From NCBI GenBank assembly GCA_003427395.1, contig BFEA01000019.1, positions 4,898,671 through 4,962,670 on the forward strand: a stretch of 64,000 nucleotides of DNA. The letters are read 5' to 3'. The notes below the pieces were generated by a model. That model was not told where the DNA came from. It did not search any database and saw nothing but the letters and a program-made list of their open reading frames with translations. This DNA is from Chara braunii (taxonomy: Eukaryota; Plantae; Charophyceae). Made by a program: the position numbers and the translations under genes. Positions 12,356 to 25,474 of the stretch are shown here, in pieces (positions within the stretch are counted from its first letter, which is position 1; the number at the start of each line of letters is the position of its first letter).

Positions 12356-12544
12356 CCCAAAAAAAGGGCACCAGGCACACTGTTAAAATGAAGGCTATGA
12401 TCATTACTCAGCAAAGAGAGGGCAAGAAGTGACTCAGAGAGAACCAGGCGACAGGGGCAACACAAGGACTACCTGAAGCAGGACATCACAGCTGGGTTGT
12501 CCTTTTTTTTTTAATGAACTTTTATCGTAAGTACGAGTCATATT

Positions 12545-12667
12545 GGGCATCGCCACACCACTCTCGAAGTGTGCAAAATGAGAGTGAACTTCCCGCCAGA
12601 ACATGGCCAGACGCACCCACCAAAATTTTGTCTTTTTCACATTTCGAGAGTGGTGTGGCGAGGCCCA
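12545..12667. mobile_element. ~125-bp inverted-repeat unit (family also at 45859-45980, 46366-47483 split, and from 47497)
   Basis: Ends ggcatcgccacaccactctcgaa...ttcgagagtggtgtggcgaggcc. The interior tgtgcaaaatgagagtgaa...agaacatgg is shared with the 221-bp units. Confidence 0.7.
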
Positions 12668-13614
12668 TTATGTCAATGCATCACAGGGGCAATTCACCGC
12701 AACCACTTTCTTGTGTTTTTTTCGTTTTTTTTTTTCGCAATCACATTGAGAACTCGTTGTACCAATGTTGCAACTTTTATAAATTGGGAAAAAAAAAAAA
12801 AAAAAAAAACTTTTATATTGGTTTAGAAAAGCCTGCTACAACAGCAAAGCACGTCTACAGCGATCTATCTATCGCTGTAGTCCTCCAGAGGCCTGTTTAC
12901 TTAAATAAACTGTGCCCCGATTTCTATTCTATTCTATTTCAATTAACGCACACCATACATAATAAGAAAGAAGGTGGTGTTCGCCGGCGGGTAAGCATGT
13001 AGATGGCGAGCCTAGGCCGAACAGAGATGGAATACCAAACCATATCTGTTTCTGTGCTATGACGATTTCCGTGAAATTACAAGAACCTACGCAAATTAAT
13101 ACAGTAATTATATTATAATAATTATAATAAGACCAATAGAAACTTCATAAGAAACCAAAAAGATGGGTATCAGCATAGAAAGATGTATTGATGTACCAAA
13201 TTGGCTAATACTAGAAGTCTAAGAGTTTGATGCAAAGTGTTCCACCAATTTACAGAGATTCTGAATTTCCTTATTGGTATAGTTTAGAGACCTATACAAA
13301 CAAAAAGAGAAGCTACATCTGCAGAAAAGAATAGAAAATCTCAAAAAAAAAAAAAAAAAAAAANNNNNNNNNNNNNNNNNNNNNNNNNNNNNNNNNNNNN
13401 NNNNNNNNNNNNNNNNNNNNNNNNNNNNNNNNNNNNNNNNNNNNNNNNNNNNNNNNNNNNNNNNNNNNNNNNNNNNNNNNNNNNNNNNNNNNNNNNNNNN
13501 NNNNNNNNNNNNNNNNNNNNNNNNNNNNNNNNNNNNNNNNNNNNNNNNNNNNNNNNNNNNNNNNNNNNNNNNNNNNNNNNNNNNNNNNNNAAAAAAAAAA
13601 ACAGCCCCATGGTT

Positions 13615-13721
13615 GGGCCACGGCCGAGATGTCTCGGCCACACCCCAGACTGGCCACGGCCGAGATGTCTCGGCCACACCCCAGAGTGGCCACGGCGGAG
13701 ATGTCTCGGCCACAGCCGAGA
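13615..13721. repeat. 36-bp tandem repeat x3 with internal palindrome
   Basis: The unit is tggccacggccgagatgtctcggccacaccccagas. Related motifs occur at 11297-11420. Confidence 0.9.
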
Positions 13722-14485
13722 TTCGCAGGTACTACCCTTCACAGGCAAACCCGAAGTCTCAAGAGTAGCCTACTCCCAGGAAGTGGGGGGCTCGGGGCAG
13801 GGATGGAGGCCAAAAACAGGAAAAAAAAAAAGAAGAAATAAAAAAGTAAAGAAACGAGGAACTTCGAATCCACCTACGTCGGCAAGGCCCTCACCTCACC
13901 AGTGCGTTGAGGAATGTCTCTGGCCAGGAAGTGAGGAACATGAAACAGGTCGTTTTCCTTTTTTGTTTCTTGCGTGAGGTCCTTGTAGCGCCCTGCCAGC
14001 CAGGCAGGGCGGATTCCACGCGAGGCAGCTAACTGCCTCGCTTCATTCAGTTCCAGACAAACATTGTAGCATCCTGTATAGGACCGCAATCACAGCATAA
14101 GGATGTTGTTTTTATTTTTATTTTTTATCTGCTGTTCGTGGGTAGACGAGGGCCCTGACTGAACTGCGCAGCCCGATTTTCAACTGCAATTGAAACTCGG
14201 GCCCTGACTAAACTGCTAAAACGCAGTTCCAAATGCAATTACAAACTGCTTTCGTGACTGCGCCGTAGTCCCCCCCCCAAAAAAAGAATAGAAAATGTAC
14301 GCACGCCGCCGGCTTGAGACGTGGACAGTAACGTATGGCCCGGAATGGGACCGGCTTCACGTATCAAGTCCGTTATCCTAACCTTACCTTCTGCTTCATC
14401 GAAACCGTTCTTCGACTTTCGCGTGCTGATTTCAGGCATGACCTATCACTAAGCATACCACACACTATCTGGGCCACACTCAGGG

Positions 14486-14518
<33 letters not shown>

Positions 14519-15778
14519 CAGTCAATCCCCTGGATTCCAGGGTAATCAATGCTGGCAGGAGCCCCTTACTTTCTTCCTTACATACTCTAAATTCATTCTG
14601 TATATGGGACGCTGGACCCGTTTTCCAGCAGGTGATGCTCCCCACCAATAGATGGAGCCTCTCCCCAGGTGCTAGTGGTGTCTGCTCTTATCAGCACCAC
14701 TATCACCGAAGGGGACACTCAGGGCATACTAACACGCTACCAATTGCCCAAATGTAGCTGACAGAAATGACGACCAGGCGCGGATGAATCCGACTGCAAT
14801 TTCCTCGAGAGCTTAATAGGCGTGCAAAGTCCTCACAGCAATTACCCCTGCCGGACAAGTTCCTGACCTGCTTGCCATAGGGGGGGGGAGGGGGGAAGCT
14901 ACCACGGGCAAGGCCCAACTAGCAAAGAGGATTGGATTAAGCTCCTGAATCTAGATGTGGTTTAAGCAGAGATACAGAAAAGCAGTTCAATCTCGCTTTT
15001 CTGCACCTTTCCCCCAACAGGTCTAGGTTCACGCATTCAGTCCAGTCCTCTTTGCTACTTGGACCTGGCCCCAGGTCTGTACTTCCATCAGCTCAGGGGT
15101 GTCCCAACTGAGCTAGACCAAATACAGACCTCCTGAGTTCGAAGCTCTGCTGGATGCAGACAAGTAAAATACAGTAATTGACTGTAATTCTCAATTTATT
15201 GAATTTAAGCAATTTAAAGGATGATATCTGAAGGCCGTCGCCCTTCTTGAAAAAAACTTTAAAAAAGAAATAAAGAAGAGGACAAAAAAAAAAAAGCTAC
15301 CATACTGGGGGATCCACAAACCTTGCACCACAAATTGGGAAGCAATGCAAGGTGTGAATGTGATGCCATGCGTGTCCTCCCCCCCCCCCCCCCCCCCCCC
15401 CGCCCCTGCCCAAAGAAAAGAAAAAGATGTCATGCTTGTCTGTCTGGTCATCAAGGATCCTGTGGGGTAGCTTGTATGGGTGACACCATCTTCATCTGCT
15501 TTCCAAATGCCAACAGGACAGGTAGAGAGATTCAAAGATCTCTTTTTTGTTATATTTTCGTAGCTGAACCACCCACGATAACCTTTTTCTGGCTGCGGTT
15601 GGGATGGGCTCGGCCGGGAGTGCCTCGCCCGTGCCATTAATGTAAGGGACGCCGGACCCGATTTCCGGCACATAATAAAATGGTTGGTTTTGGTTCAAAA
15701 AAAAAAAAAAAAAAAAAAATGCAGACCACTCTCTGCACAGCTTCTTTAAGCGTACTGCTCGCTGTAGGCCGCTTGGAA

Positions 15779-15886
15779 AAATAAATCAGGTGCATTCTCA
15801 CATTTAGTGCCATCAAATAAATCAGGTGCATTCTCACATTTAGTGCCATCAAATAAATCAGGTGCATTCTCACATTTAGTGCCATC
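15779..15886. repeat. Perfect 36-bp tandem repeat x3
   Basis: aaataaatcaggtgcattctcacatttagtgccatc occurs three times with no spacers. Confidence 0.95.
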
Positions 15887-16624
15887 ATCTTACGCACCGC
15901 ATCCTACGTATAGGTTCGACATGTAATATGGGTGGGTCTTCTAGACCGCCGGCGGGTTAGAAAACAAAGAAAGCGCTTTCACACATCCAGTTCCATCATA
16001 CCCAATAACTGTGCCTACCACGTGGTTCTGACATCCAATACAGGTCAGCCTGACATCCAGTTTTTCATGCATGTGCATCATACTCTCCTTGCAACTTCAC
16101 CGGCTGAGCCCGACCATTTTTTCGTTTTCCTTTTCATGACCAGGAGCATCATCCGGCTTAGCTTCTTCTTCCTTTTCTTTTTAGTTTTTTTAATAAAAAA
16201 CAACACTGTCCGGGGGTGGTAGCAGTGGTGGTGTGAACATTCACCACTAACATTCCAGCTGCAGGCTCCATTCTGTTGGTGGGGAGCTGCACCTGCTGGA
16301 AAACGGCACCAGCGTCCCTAGCACAATAATGACAATCCCCGGCTTCGCTTTGTATACTATAAAAGTATACTATGAAAGCCAGGAAATGCGCCTGGCGTCC
16401 CTCACAAAATGGTGCATAATCCTGTTGATGGGCGAGGCTAACCGACCAAGGAAGACCCTGACCATTTGTACACAACGAGCACCTGTAAACCAGAAATGAA
16501 AACTTTGTAAGCAGATAGGTGGGTCCTGAGAAGCTTGTCGGGGGATTGAACCAATTGCGGATGCAAAAATATTGAAGGAGTGGCTGCATCTTGAAATCCG
16601 TATTGCCAAGGCAACCCATTCATC

Positions 16625-17555
16625 TGCAATGAACCCAGATCGTGAAGACTCTTGTCAACAATGCAAGCCCAGATGACAACCTGCTGTTGATTATCAATAC
16701 TCATAATTGTGTCCAGATAGAATGAGATGAGAAAAACATACACAGACGAAGGAGAGAGGAGGGAGAATAGACTTAGAAAGAAAATAGAAGACAACGCCCA
16801 CTTCTGCTTCGGGCTCCCTCCTCGATCACCACCTCATTAATCAATAATCTGAACGCGAATCTGAAGTTCTATCACAATGTGCCACGTGGCACGTCAATCA
16901 GTCCTCATCAGCAAGCTGGAGCAATGTCGACGTCAAGATAACCAGGTACGTATCCACTATCGCCCCACAGTCATGATCTCCTCCCGAGTGTCGTCGAAAC
17001 AGAACAGCAATGTCACTCGCATAGCCTTGCCACGTCAGCGGCGGTGCATGGCAGCTGCCACGTCAGCATGCCCAGAAGACAATTGCAAGCCAGCCACCAT
17101 GCCGAGCCAGCAGAGCACCGCCTTAGACCGCGCAGTTGCCAGCGTAGAGGCAGCGTCCAGCCAGCTAGCGTCGTTGTCAACGCGTGAAGTCAACATTGAC
17201 TCAAGACAGAATGTTCCTCCAAGCCAAGAGGTCAACGCTTTTGTAGCCTTGACACGGGGTCTGGACCCCAGGTGCTGCCTCCCTCAGCCGTCGAGATCTC
17301 AATGCAGATGACGACCCATATTGGTATTGAAACAGAATTACCTGTGGCCTTCATGCTGTCTAGGTACCTGCGCACAACAAGTGAGTGTATCCAACCAAGG
17401 GTCTGGGCTCGGTGCCTTTGACATGATAGTTGACTTTAACCCTTGACTTTCTAGGGGCAGTGCGTGGTCACACTGCCTGGTGAAGGCCGAGTTTGACCTG
17501 CGTTGTCTGGGTTCCGTTCGAGGGCCCAGACTGCTGCAGAACACGGGTTACTGCA
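16625..17555 (-). repeat. 3' LTR of element 1
   Basis: Runs tgcaatgaacc...ggttactgca and is colinear with 24113-25083. The adjacent PPT-position sequence matches element 2. Confidence 0.95.
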
Positions 17556-17589
17556 TTCCTGCCGACCCATTTTCGAGTTCCATCGCATA

Positions 17590-20500
17590 AATAACTAAGA
17601 CTTTAACCCACGTCCATATGCAGATACAATATCGGGAGCAGTTTCAAGTAATTCTCGTTTACTAAACCATCTGTCCTCAGATGGTGCCTGAGATTTGAAA
17701 CGTACCTTGAACTATTTCTGGGGTCGTCCACGTCCACCTATAGAAAAGTACCCATGCTCTATGATTCTGTCTACTTCATATCTGCCTTGCATGGATGGCA
17801 GAATCATAGATGGTTTGTTTGGGAACTCATTTCCTTCTACATAGGTTAACAATTTGAACGCGTGAAAAACATGATACATTTTGAGGTGAGGGGGAATATC
17901 AATACGATAAGACGGTCCCTCTACATCCCCAATTACTTTAAGAACTTCCCAGGGTCCAAAATAGACAGGCAGAAGTTTCTGAGATACATGTTCTTCTAAC
18001 GAAAACTCTTTGGACTTGACCCAGACTAGATCACCTTCCTTGAATGTTGATGGTTGGCGATTGTTAGCTTGTTCAATTATTTGGTCCTCATCTTTCATTA
18101 AATTGTTATTTACTTTCTTAATGTCTTCTTGGAACAATACTGCATACCACCGGGTCCTTGGAGGTAACCTAAGGGACTGGTCCCGCGTTAACACATCAAT
18201 GGGACGCTTAGGTTTCCACCTCTTGTGCAGTGCATTAGGCGTACGCCCTGTAACAGTATGAACACTATTGTTGTATGCACTTGCTATCTTGGGCAAGTTC
18301 TCGTCCCAATCAATATGATCGGGTCTCACATACATGCGCAAAAGTTGCTGACACAAACGGTTCATCTGTTCACTTTGTCCATTCATTTCAGGGTGTCGCT
18401 CTGACGACATGGTCAGTTATGTACCGTATGCTTCCATAAGCTTTTGTCATGACATAATTGTGAACCTGGCATCACGATCAGATACAATAGAGAGAGGAAA
18501 ACCATACTTAGTCATTCATCGCATCTGAAGGTTTGTTTCTCTGACACACCAGACATGTACGAACATAAGTCAGTACGTCTTCATTCAATACGTCTTCCTT
18601 CAATCCCTCCCACTCAAAATGTTCTCTAACCTCAGCGTAAGTTTTCTTGGAACCATGCATTTGTTATGGGACGCAGAACCCGGTTCCCAGTTCGTGCTAA
18701 TTCGTGCGGTAATGGTTGTATCTATGGGACGCTGGACCCGGTTTCCAGCAGGTGTTGCTCCCCACCAATAGATGGATTTGTTTCGTTTAAAAAAAAATAA
18801 AAAATAAAAAAAAATTAGAACCAAAATGTACTTCAGTGTCATGACATTCCCCACTAAGCAAACTTTTGATTCTTCGTTCTGGGGAATACACAATCTCTGT
18901 TCAATTTGGTCTAGCAAGAAAAGAAAATCATCGGTTACTCTATAGTTAGGAAGTAAAGTTGGGTCTTTCGTAAAAACATCCGTGATAGGCTTCTAGATAG
19001 GGTCAGCAGCATATCGTTGACGAATTTTATCTTTCAAATCATTCCCAGTATCTAAATAAGAGACAATAATACCAAAGAAATCACATCGTCTGGACAAAGC
19101 ATCTGCAACCATGTTAGACTTACCTTTGATAGTTTCCAACTCAAAATCAAAAGTATCAATGAATGCAGACCATCGTACTAGTTTATCAGAGAGTTTAGAT
19201 TGTGTCTTTATCCACTTCAATGTCGAGTGGTCTGAGTACACAGTGAAGTGTCTCCCTAACAAGTAATGCTTTCATGTGTCCAGTGTACAGACTAAGGCAT
19301 ACAATTCTCTTTCATAAGTGGAGTTAACAACCTTTTCCGATGGCAATCGTGCAGACATAAACTCAATTGGTCTATAACCATTGTCGTCGTTCTGTTGAAA
19401 AATTGCGCCAATTTCGTACTGACTTGCATCAGTAGTGACAATGAAGGGAAAAAATGGATCAACAATGTTTAAAACACGATAGTGAGTCAAAACATATTTT
19501 GTTTTCTTAAAGGACGACTCACAATCCTTGTCCCACAATCAGATAGTTTCTTTTTTCAACAATCTTCCCATTGGTGCAGCAATCGGTGAGAAGTTTCTAA
19601 CGAACTTTCTATAGTAACGTGCCAAACCAAGGAAAGATCGTAGTTTCGTTACAGACTTAGGTTGTGGTCAATCTCGAATTGCTGATATTTTATTTTCTTC
19701 TGGCCTTAGGCCATCTTCGTTCACTATATGTCCTAAGTATAAGACTTCAGACTTAGCGAACTCAGACTTCTTTGGGTTTATCTTGAAGTTGCCCTCTTGC
19801 AACTTCTCTAATATTAGACGAAAATGTTTATCGTGATCTTCTACTGTTTTACTGTACACGAGAATATCATCAAGATAGATAAGTAACAAACTGATCCAAC
19901 CATCGATGAAATAATTCATTCATTGACCGTTGGAACGCCACAGGGGCATTTGTCAACCCGAAAGGCATTACCACAAACTCGTAATGGTCATACCTTGTCC
20001 GGAATGCAGTCTTGTGTTGATCCGCAGGTTCCACCTCGATCTGATGGTACCCAAACTTCATATTAATCTTACTAAAATACTTGCAACCCTGCAGTTGATC
20101 AAGTAGGTCGTCAATGCGAGGAAGTGGTTCGACGTTTTTGACAGTAACAACATTCAACCCTCGATAGTCAATACAGAGACGCAGTTCACCTTCCTCTTTG
20201 GGCACAAACAAGACAAATTCACCAACATAGGGAGATGAGTTAGGGTGAATTTATCCCTTGTCAATAAGGTCTGCAGTTGTTTCTTCAATTCCTCAAGTTC
20301 CCTGGGAGATATTCGATAGATAGGGCCCTTGGGAATCTTGCTACCCGAAATGATCTCAATAGTGTGCTTAATAGTCACGTTCAGTAATTCCGGTGGGTTC
20401 AATCTGCAGATCCTTAAACTCAGAAAGAAAACTTTCGATAGTTGGAGGGCAGGAAGAAGACGACTCGCCGACTTTCTTTACCAACATCATCATAACTTTC

Positions 20501-21230
20501 TGTTCCAACTTTGTTTTTGAAACCATTGAACGAAAAACTGGATAACTCATACAACAAAAAAACAAACTAAAGTCAGAGTCAGACTTATGATATAACTTAA
20601 TAGGTTTCACTACAGACTATGCATCCTTAAGTTGCACAACCTTGCCTTTGAAATCGATGTCTGGGTTGACTTCCTCGTGTCAGTCCATTCCCAGAATAAG
20701 ATCAAAAGATAAAATTTTCTCTACTAGGAAGGATAACTCATGTATAATATTTTTTCTTTCCCTAGTTCTAAACGGACACTTAATACGATCAACATATTGT
20801 GAGACAATGATCGTACTCTTGTCTGCTAACATAGACGTGATAGGTCGAGACAAGTCTTTTACCTTCATTCTGAGATGCAACTTGCGGATTGCTTTCTCGG
20901 AGATATAGGATATTGTCGATCCTGGGTCCAACAACGCACCTACTCATGATCGCACGATTTCCACATCTGCAAACAACAATTCGCTCTTAGACTTTTCTTT
21001 TCGAGCCCATGAGCTACGTAAGGCTAGCAATTTATTACCAAACTCATCAAGGAAGTCATCCAGAGAGACAATACATACGACAATGTTAGGGCGGTCTGGA
21101 TGATGGGCTAAGGAATAATCATCCTCTTTCATATGAGAAGAAGGGTAGGAAGGGTTTGTAGGCGCCTCACCTTTCTATTCGTCCTTACCCTTTATCTCAG
21201 TAGGAGCAGATGTTACTCCTACTGACTGCT
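17590..21230 (-). pseudogene. pol: Element 1 pol (PR-RT-RNaseH-integrase-chromodomain), disrupted
   Basis: ORF pieces [44 protein letters not shown] and YFGPWEV. It has many stops and frameshifts, a deletion in the integrase core and a retroposed insertion at 18656-18817. Confidence 0.92.
18656..18817 (+). mobile_element. Short retroposed copy of the LINE 3' module with A-rich tail and 6-bp TSD
   Basis: Flanked by GAACCA at 18650-18655 and 18818-18823. Removing it restores the integrase HFGSKKTY reading. Confidence 0.85.
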
Positions 21231-23084
21231 CGCGTTTGGGTTCCGGATCAAAGGGCAGTATGCGATCACATGTCCCGTTGTGCCGCATTTGAGACATTGC
21301 GCATTATCCATGCGCTCTTGCCAAGTTTCGCGAGTCAAACCCATCTTCAACCAGGGTTTCCCCTCGGCAATGCCAGGGTGCCATGAAAATGTCCGCGGTT
21401 TCTTCCTTATAGAATTTCTGGGTGACCACAGTGACTCCCCCCTTCTCGGAGTCATTGTTGCTATCCTTTTCATTCTTGTCCTCTATCGGCCATTTTTTCA
21501 CTGTGTCATCATCGAAGACAACGAGGGTGTGGTCCTGACGCTTTTGTCGCCAAATAATTCGTTTACCATCATACGTCTTCCCCCCTCCTCCTCCTCCAGA
21601 AACTACAGCTGCATATGAGTTTTTAACTTGAGAAGTCATTCGCTCCCTTTGCAGAGCGAGGTATCGAAATTGCTTATAGTTATACTTATCTGACTCCGCT
21701 TCGGCAACCAGGTGTCCCCGGATAGGCTCAGGCAACGCGCGAGAGTAGATATACAACACTTAGTTGTCTTGCAAGTTCAATTATGGAACCTGCAACAATC
21801 GGTCGACTTCGCGGGAGAAAACCTCGACCGATGTCCAATGCTTTTAACCAATCATCGTTAATTCGTCAAATGTCTTATCGGTCATTATCTTATCGAGGAA
21901 ACGGTCCTTGATCTTGGCCAAGAACTGTTTCAGAGTCAATGTCTTTGCCCACTCGCCGATGTCTTCAAACCCCGCGGCGTTAGCTTCGGCCAACGCCCAT
22001 TGCTTTACCTCACCTCTCATGCAAGAGGTGGTGAACGCCACTTGGGACTCCGTCTTAACCGGAGCGGTGTTTACATACGTTTGGATTTCAGCGATCCCTA
22101 GAAGTAGACTCTTATCTTTCTTATCATTAAAAGTAAAAGGCGACTTCATTTTCACTCTTTCTTCTTTCCTTAGCTTCTCCGGTTTTGCACTTGTCTTGTC
22201 TGGAGGCGTCGAAGAAGAAGGAGACTTGGAAGGAGTAGAATGAGGAGAATTAGGCGGAGAAGGAGATTGGACTTGGCGGTCCATTCCCATTGGTCGACAT
22301 CTTAATTCTAGGACCAGTAGACTTGATGACATATCCCATCAACTTCTTCACTCTTTCTTATCTTCTCTTTCTTCTTGTCTTTCTTCTTCCTTACCTTCAT
22401 CCTGGTTCTTTCCTTTCACAATGTTTGTGATTGTTCTTCGTCCTACAGAAAACTCATTTCAAAGTTTGTTGTTTGTCAATTTTCTCTTCCAAAAAGGTAA
22501 GGTAAGTCACAATATGAGACAACATATGAGACATGTCTGTTTGTTCCCCTCCTTCTATTCCCATCACTTGTCTGATTTCTCTAACTTTTTGTTCCCTCCT
22601 TTGATTTTGTTCTCTCCTTTTTTGTCAGTTATTTTTTCTTTCTTTCTTTCGCGACCAGCGTTTCTTTCAATTGCTGAATGTTTGCGTCAATCGTAGCCTC
22701 AGACACTTCTGGTTTAATCTCTCATTTACAAGTCAGTTCCATCAGTTCTTCCAAATGTTTTAATGCAAACTGGTTCAGCGCCTGTCGACACTGGACGACC
22801 AATTTGGAGACCTCGGTCCCGACTGCCACAACCTCCACGATCGTAACAACTTTTTTCAGACGGTCCTCAACCGTCTTCAAATCAAATCTGTTACGAATGT
22901 GTTGTTCGACATCCAGTCCGGATAGACGTAAGTCACTCAACAGTTGGTTCCACAAGGCTAACAGTTCTTGTTTCCTATCTTCGGCCTGCTTCCGAGTCTT
23001 AAGCTCAGAAGGTCCATCTTCCACGGAGAGCGTGACGGGAACGGGAAACAAAAACGTGGTCACAAACCTCGTCAGAATAGACAT
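21219..23084 (-). pseudogene. gag: Element 1 gag, disrupted
   Basis: Retrotransposon-gag-like segment IAEIQTYVNTAPV...QFLAKIKDRF and a C-terminal zinc knuckle. Homologous to the element 2 gag. Confidence 0.85.
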
Positions 23085-24098
23085 CTACAAATTTTTCAGA
23101 AGTGAGATATTTTCGAAGAACAAAAAACAAGAAAATTCATCAGTCAGGTTGATCTACCTCAAATAAACAAAAGAAGACAATTAATTTGATTCGTCACCGA
23201 AGCCGAAACAATCTTGAACAGAAAGATTTTAATAAAATGGAACAGAAAGAAATAATTTCAATTTCTCTCATCTAATATGGCTGTTGTTCTATTTATTCTG
23301 TGTGATGACGTTCTATACTAGTACAGCTACCGCATCCCAGGTCAGTGTGATCATCAACAACACACAAGTGAGTACATAGGCACACAACACAACTTACGAC
23401 AATAGGTAAGTCCGCCAACAAACAGAACATCAATAGTTAGCGTCTTCCTTTTCTTATGTTGTATCTTCTGAAGTCCGGTGTGATCAAATACTCGATCTGA
23501 CGTCCAACACGACAATCACGTCAGTCTTCCAACCATGCCGCCTTCGTCGTCAAAGTGCATCTTCCCACTTAGGCACGTTCGTGCCTGCCACGTGTCACCC
23601 CTGGCATGCCAACACAACGGCTCATTGAGTCTGCCATGTCAGCACGTTCGTCCAATCATCGTCATAAATGGAGGTACACGTCAGCAGCGTGTGCCTTGAT
23701 CGTCCCCGTCAGCCAGCCTGATCTCCCGTAGCGATATCAGCACGTCGCCAGTCAATTAAACAATGCCACGTCAACCAGGTAACAAAACGTCACGTCAAAC
23801 AATGTCACGTCAGCGTGAAGCTCCTCAGCACAATAGACGAGTGGTGAGTTAGCGCTTGCCACGTTAACGTTTCTCAATAATCATTAGCCACACAGTGTAT
23901 CCCGATCGCAAATGTGATCGATCGGGATCTGGATTGCGACGCGATCCTGACTGGAACATCCCTTGTCGGGATACCAATGCCACATCAGCACCTGACGAGG
24001 GTTGTCCCCTTTTTCCACGTCATTAGGCGTCACCACTTTCTTCGTCGTCGTCGTTCTCGTACAGGTTGTCGTCGTCGGTCACATCATCGGAAGTACAA

Positions 24099-24109
24099 CT
24101 CCGACACCA
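24099..24109 (-). promoter_or_regulatory. Primer-binding site (tRNA-iMet type, variant)
   Basis: TGGTGTCGGAG lies 3 nt inside the 5' LTR, compared with canonical TGGTATCAGAG. Confidence 0.75.
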
Positions 24110-24112
24110 AAT

Positions 24113-25083
24113 TGCAATGAACCCTGATCGTGAAGACTCTTGTCAACAATGCAAGCCCAACTGACAACCTGATGATGATTATCAGTCATCATAATCGTGC
24201 CCAGATAGAATGAGATGAGAAAAACATACACAAACAAAGGAGAGAGGAGGAAGAATAAACTTAGAAAGAAAATAGACAACAATGCCCACTTCTACTTCGG
24301 GCTTCCTCCTCGATCACCACCTCGATAATCAATAATATGAACGCGAATTTGAAGTTTTATCACAATGTGCCACGTGGCACGTCAATCATTCCTCATCAGC
24401 GAGCTGGAGCAATGTCGACGTCAAGATAACCAGGTATGTATCCACTATCGTCCCACAGTCATGATCTCTTCCCGAGTGTCGTCGAAACAAAACAGCAATG
24501 TCACTCGCGTAGCCTTGCCACGTCAACAATATATGTGGTGGCAGCCACGTAAGCGGCGGCGCGTGGCAGCTGCCACGTCAGCATGCCCGGAAGACAATTG
24601 CAAGCCAGCCACCATGCCGAGCCAGCAGAGCGTCGCCGTAGTTCGCCCAGTTGCTAGCGTTGAGGCAGCGTCCAGCCAGCGTCGCAGAGTTGTGCTAGCG
24701 TCGTCGTCAACGCGTGAAGTCAGCATTGACTTAAGACAGAATGTTCCTCCAAGCCAAGAGGTCAACGCTTTTATAGCGTTGACGCGGGGTCTGGACCCCA
24801 GGTGCTGCCTCCCTTAGCCGTCGAGATCTCAATGCAGATGACGGCCCGAATCGGTCTTGAAACATAATTATCTGTGGCCTTCATGCTGTCTAGGTAGTTG
24901 CGCACAACAAGTGAGTGTATCCGACCAAGGGCCTGGGCGCGGTACCTTTGACCTGGCAGTTGACTTTGACCCTTAACCCCTCGGGGGCAATGCGTGGTCA
25001 CACTGCGTAGTGCAGGTCGAGTTTGGCCTATGTTGTCTGGGCTTCGTTTGAAGGCCCAGACTGCTGCAGAACAGGTTATTGCA
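24113..25083 (-). repeat. 5' LTR of element 1
   Basis: Runs tgcaatgaacc...ggttattgca and abuts the PBS. Confidence 0.95.
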
Positions 25084-25474
25084 CATCAAAAACTTTTCTG
25101 GTTACTTGTGGCAGATTGTTTATTTTTTTCAAGTTTTTTGTTGTTTTTTTTTGTGATTGTTCGCCAATTTTTAGGAACAAATTTTATGTTTGTCGCGTTT
25201 ACCATTTTCACCAAGTGAGCTTGATTTCAAACGAAATCGACTCAGTTAAAAGATACAGGCACAAAGCCAGATCAAATTTCAATTGATTTTTTGCATAGAA
25301 AAAATGTTGCATAACAAAATAATATATTGCATGCTTAATATAATGCCAGAAATCTAAGATCAATTTCTGCAGGAAACCACAAAAAATTACGGCCGCTCAC
25401 CCTAGCCAGTGATCGTCGAGCTGTTTGGGATTCTCAGAGACTTAACGCAATGCATCTTACTTGTTTCTTCCCTT

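Larger units (their letters stand above)
16625..25083 (-). mobile_element. Ty3/gypsy chromovirus LTR retrotransposon, decayed (element 1)
   Basis: Paired TG..CA LTRs at 16625-17555 and 24113-25083 with a flanking CATC duplication and a PBS at ~24099-24109. Domain order is gag (CCHC knuckle CLKCGTTGHVIAYC), PR (LLDPGST), RT (YLDD), RH, INT, chromodomain. Confidence 0.95.

Noticed and set aside
13615-13721. Palindromic 36-bp repeats as a CRISPR array or a 12-aa repeat protein
   Set aside because: There are no unique spacers, the ORFs run into an N-gap, and it reads as a simple minisatellite.
15779-15886. 36-bp repeats as a CRISPR array
   Set aside because: The units are contiguous with no spacers, there are no cas genes, and the context is eukaryotic.
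16330-16620. A fourth LINE ORF2 end upstream (minus strand) of the 16265 module
   Set aside because: There is only a faint AIRISRC..F resemblance to L1 C-termini, too weak to list as a feature.
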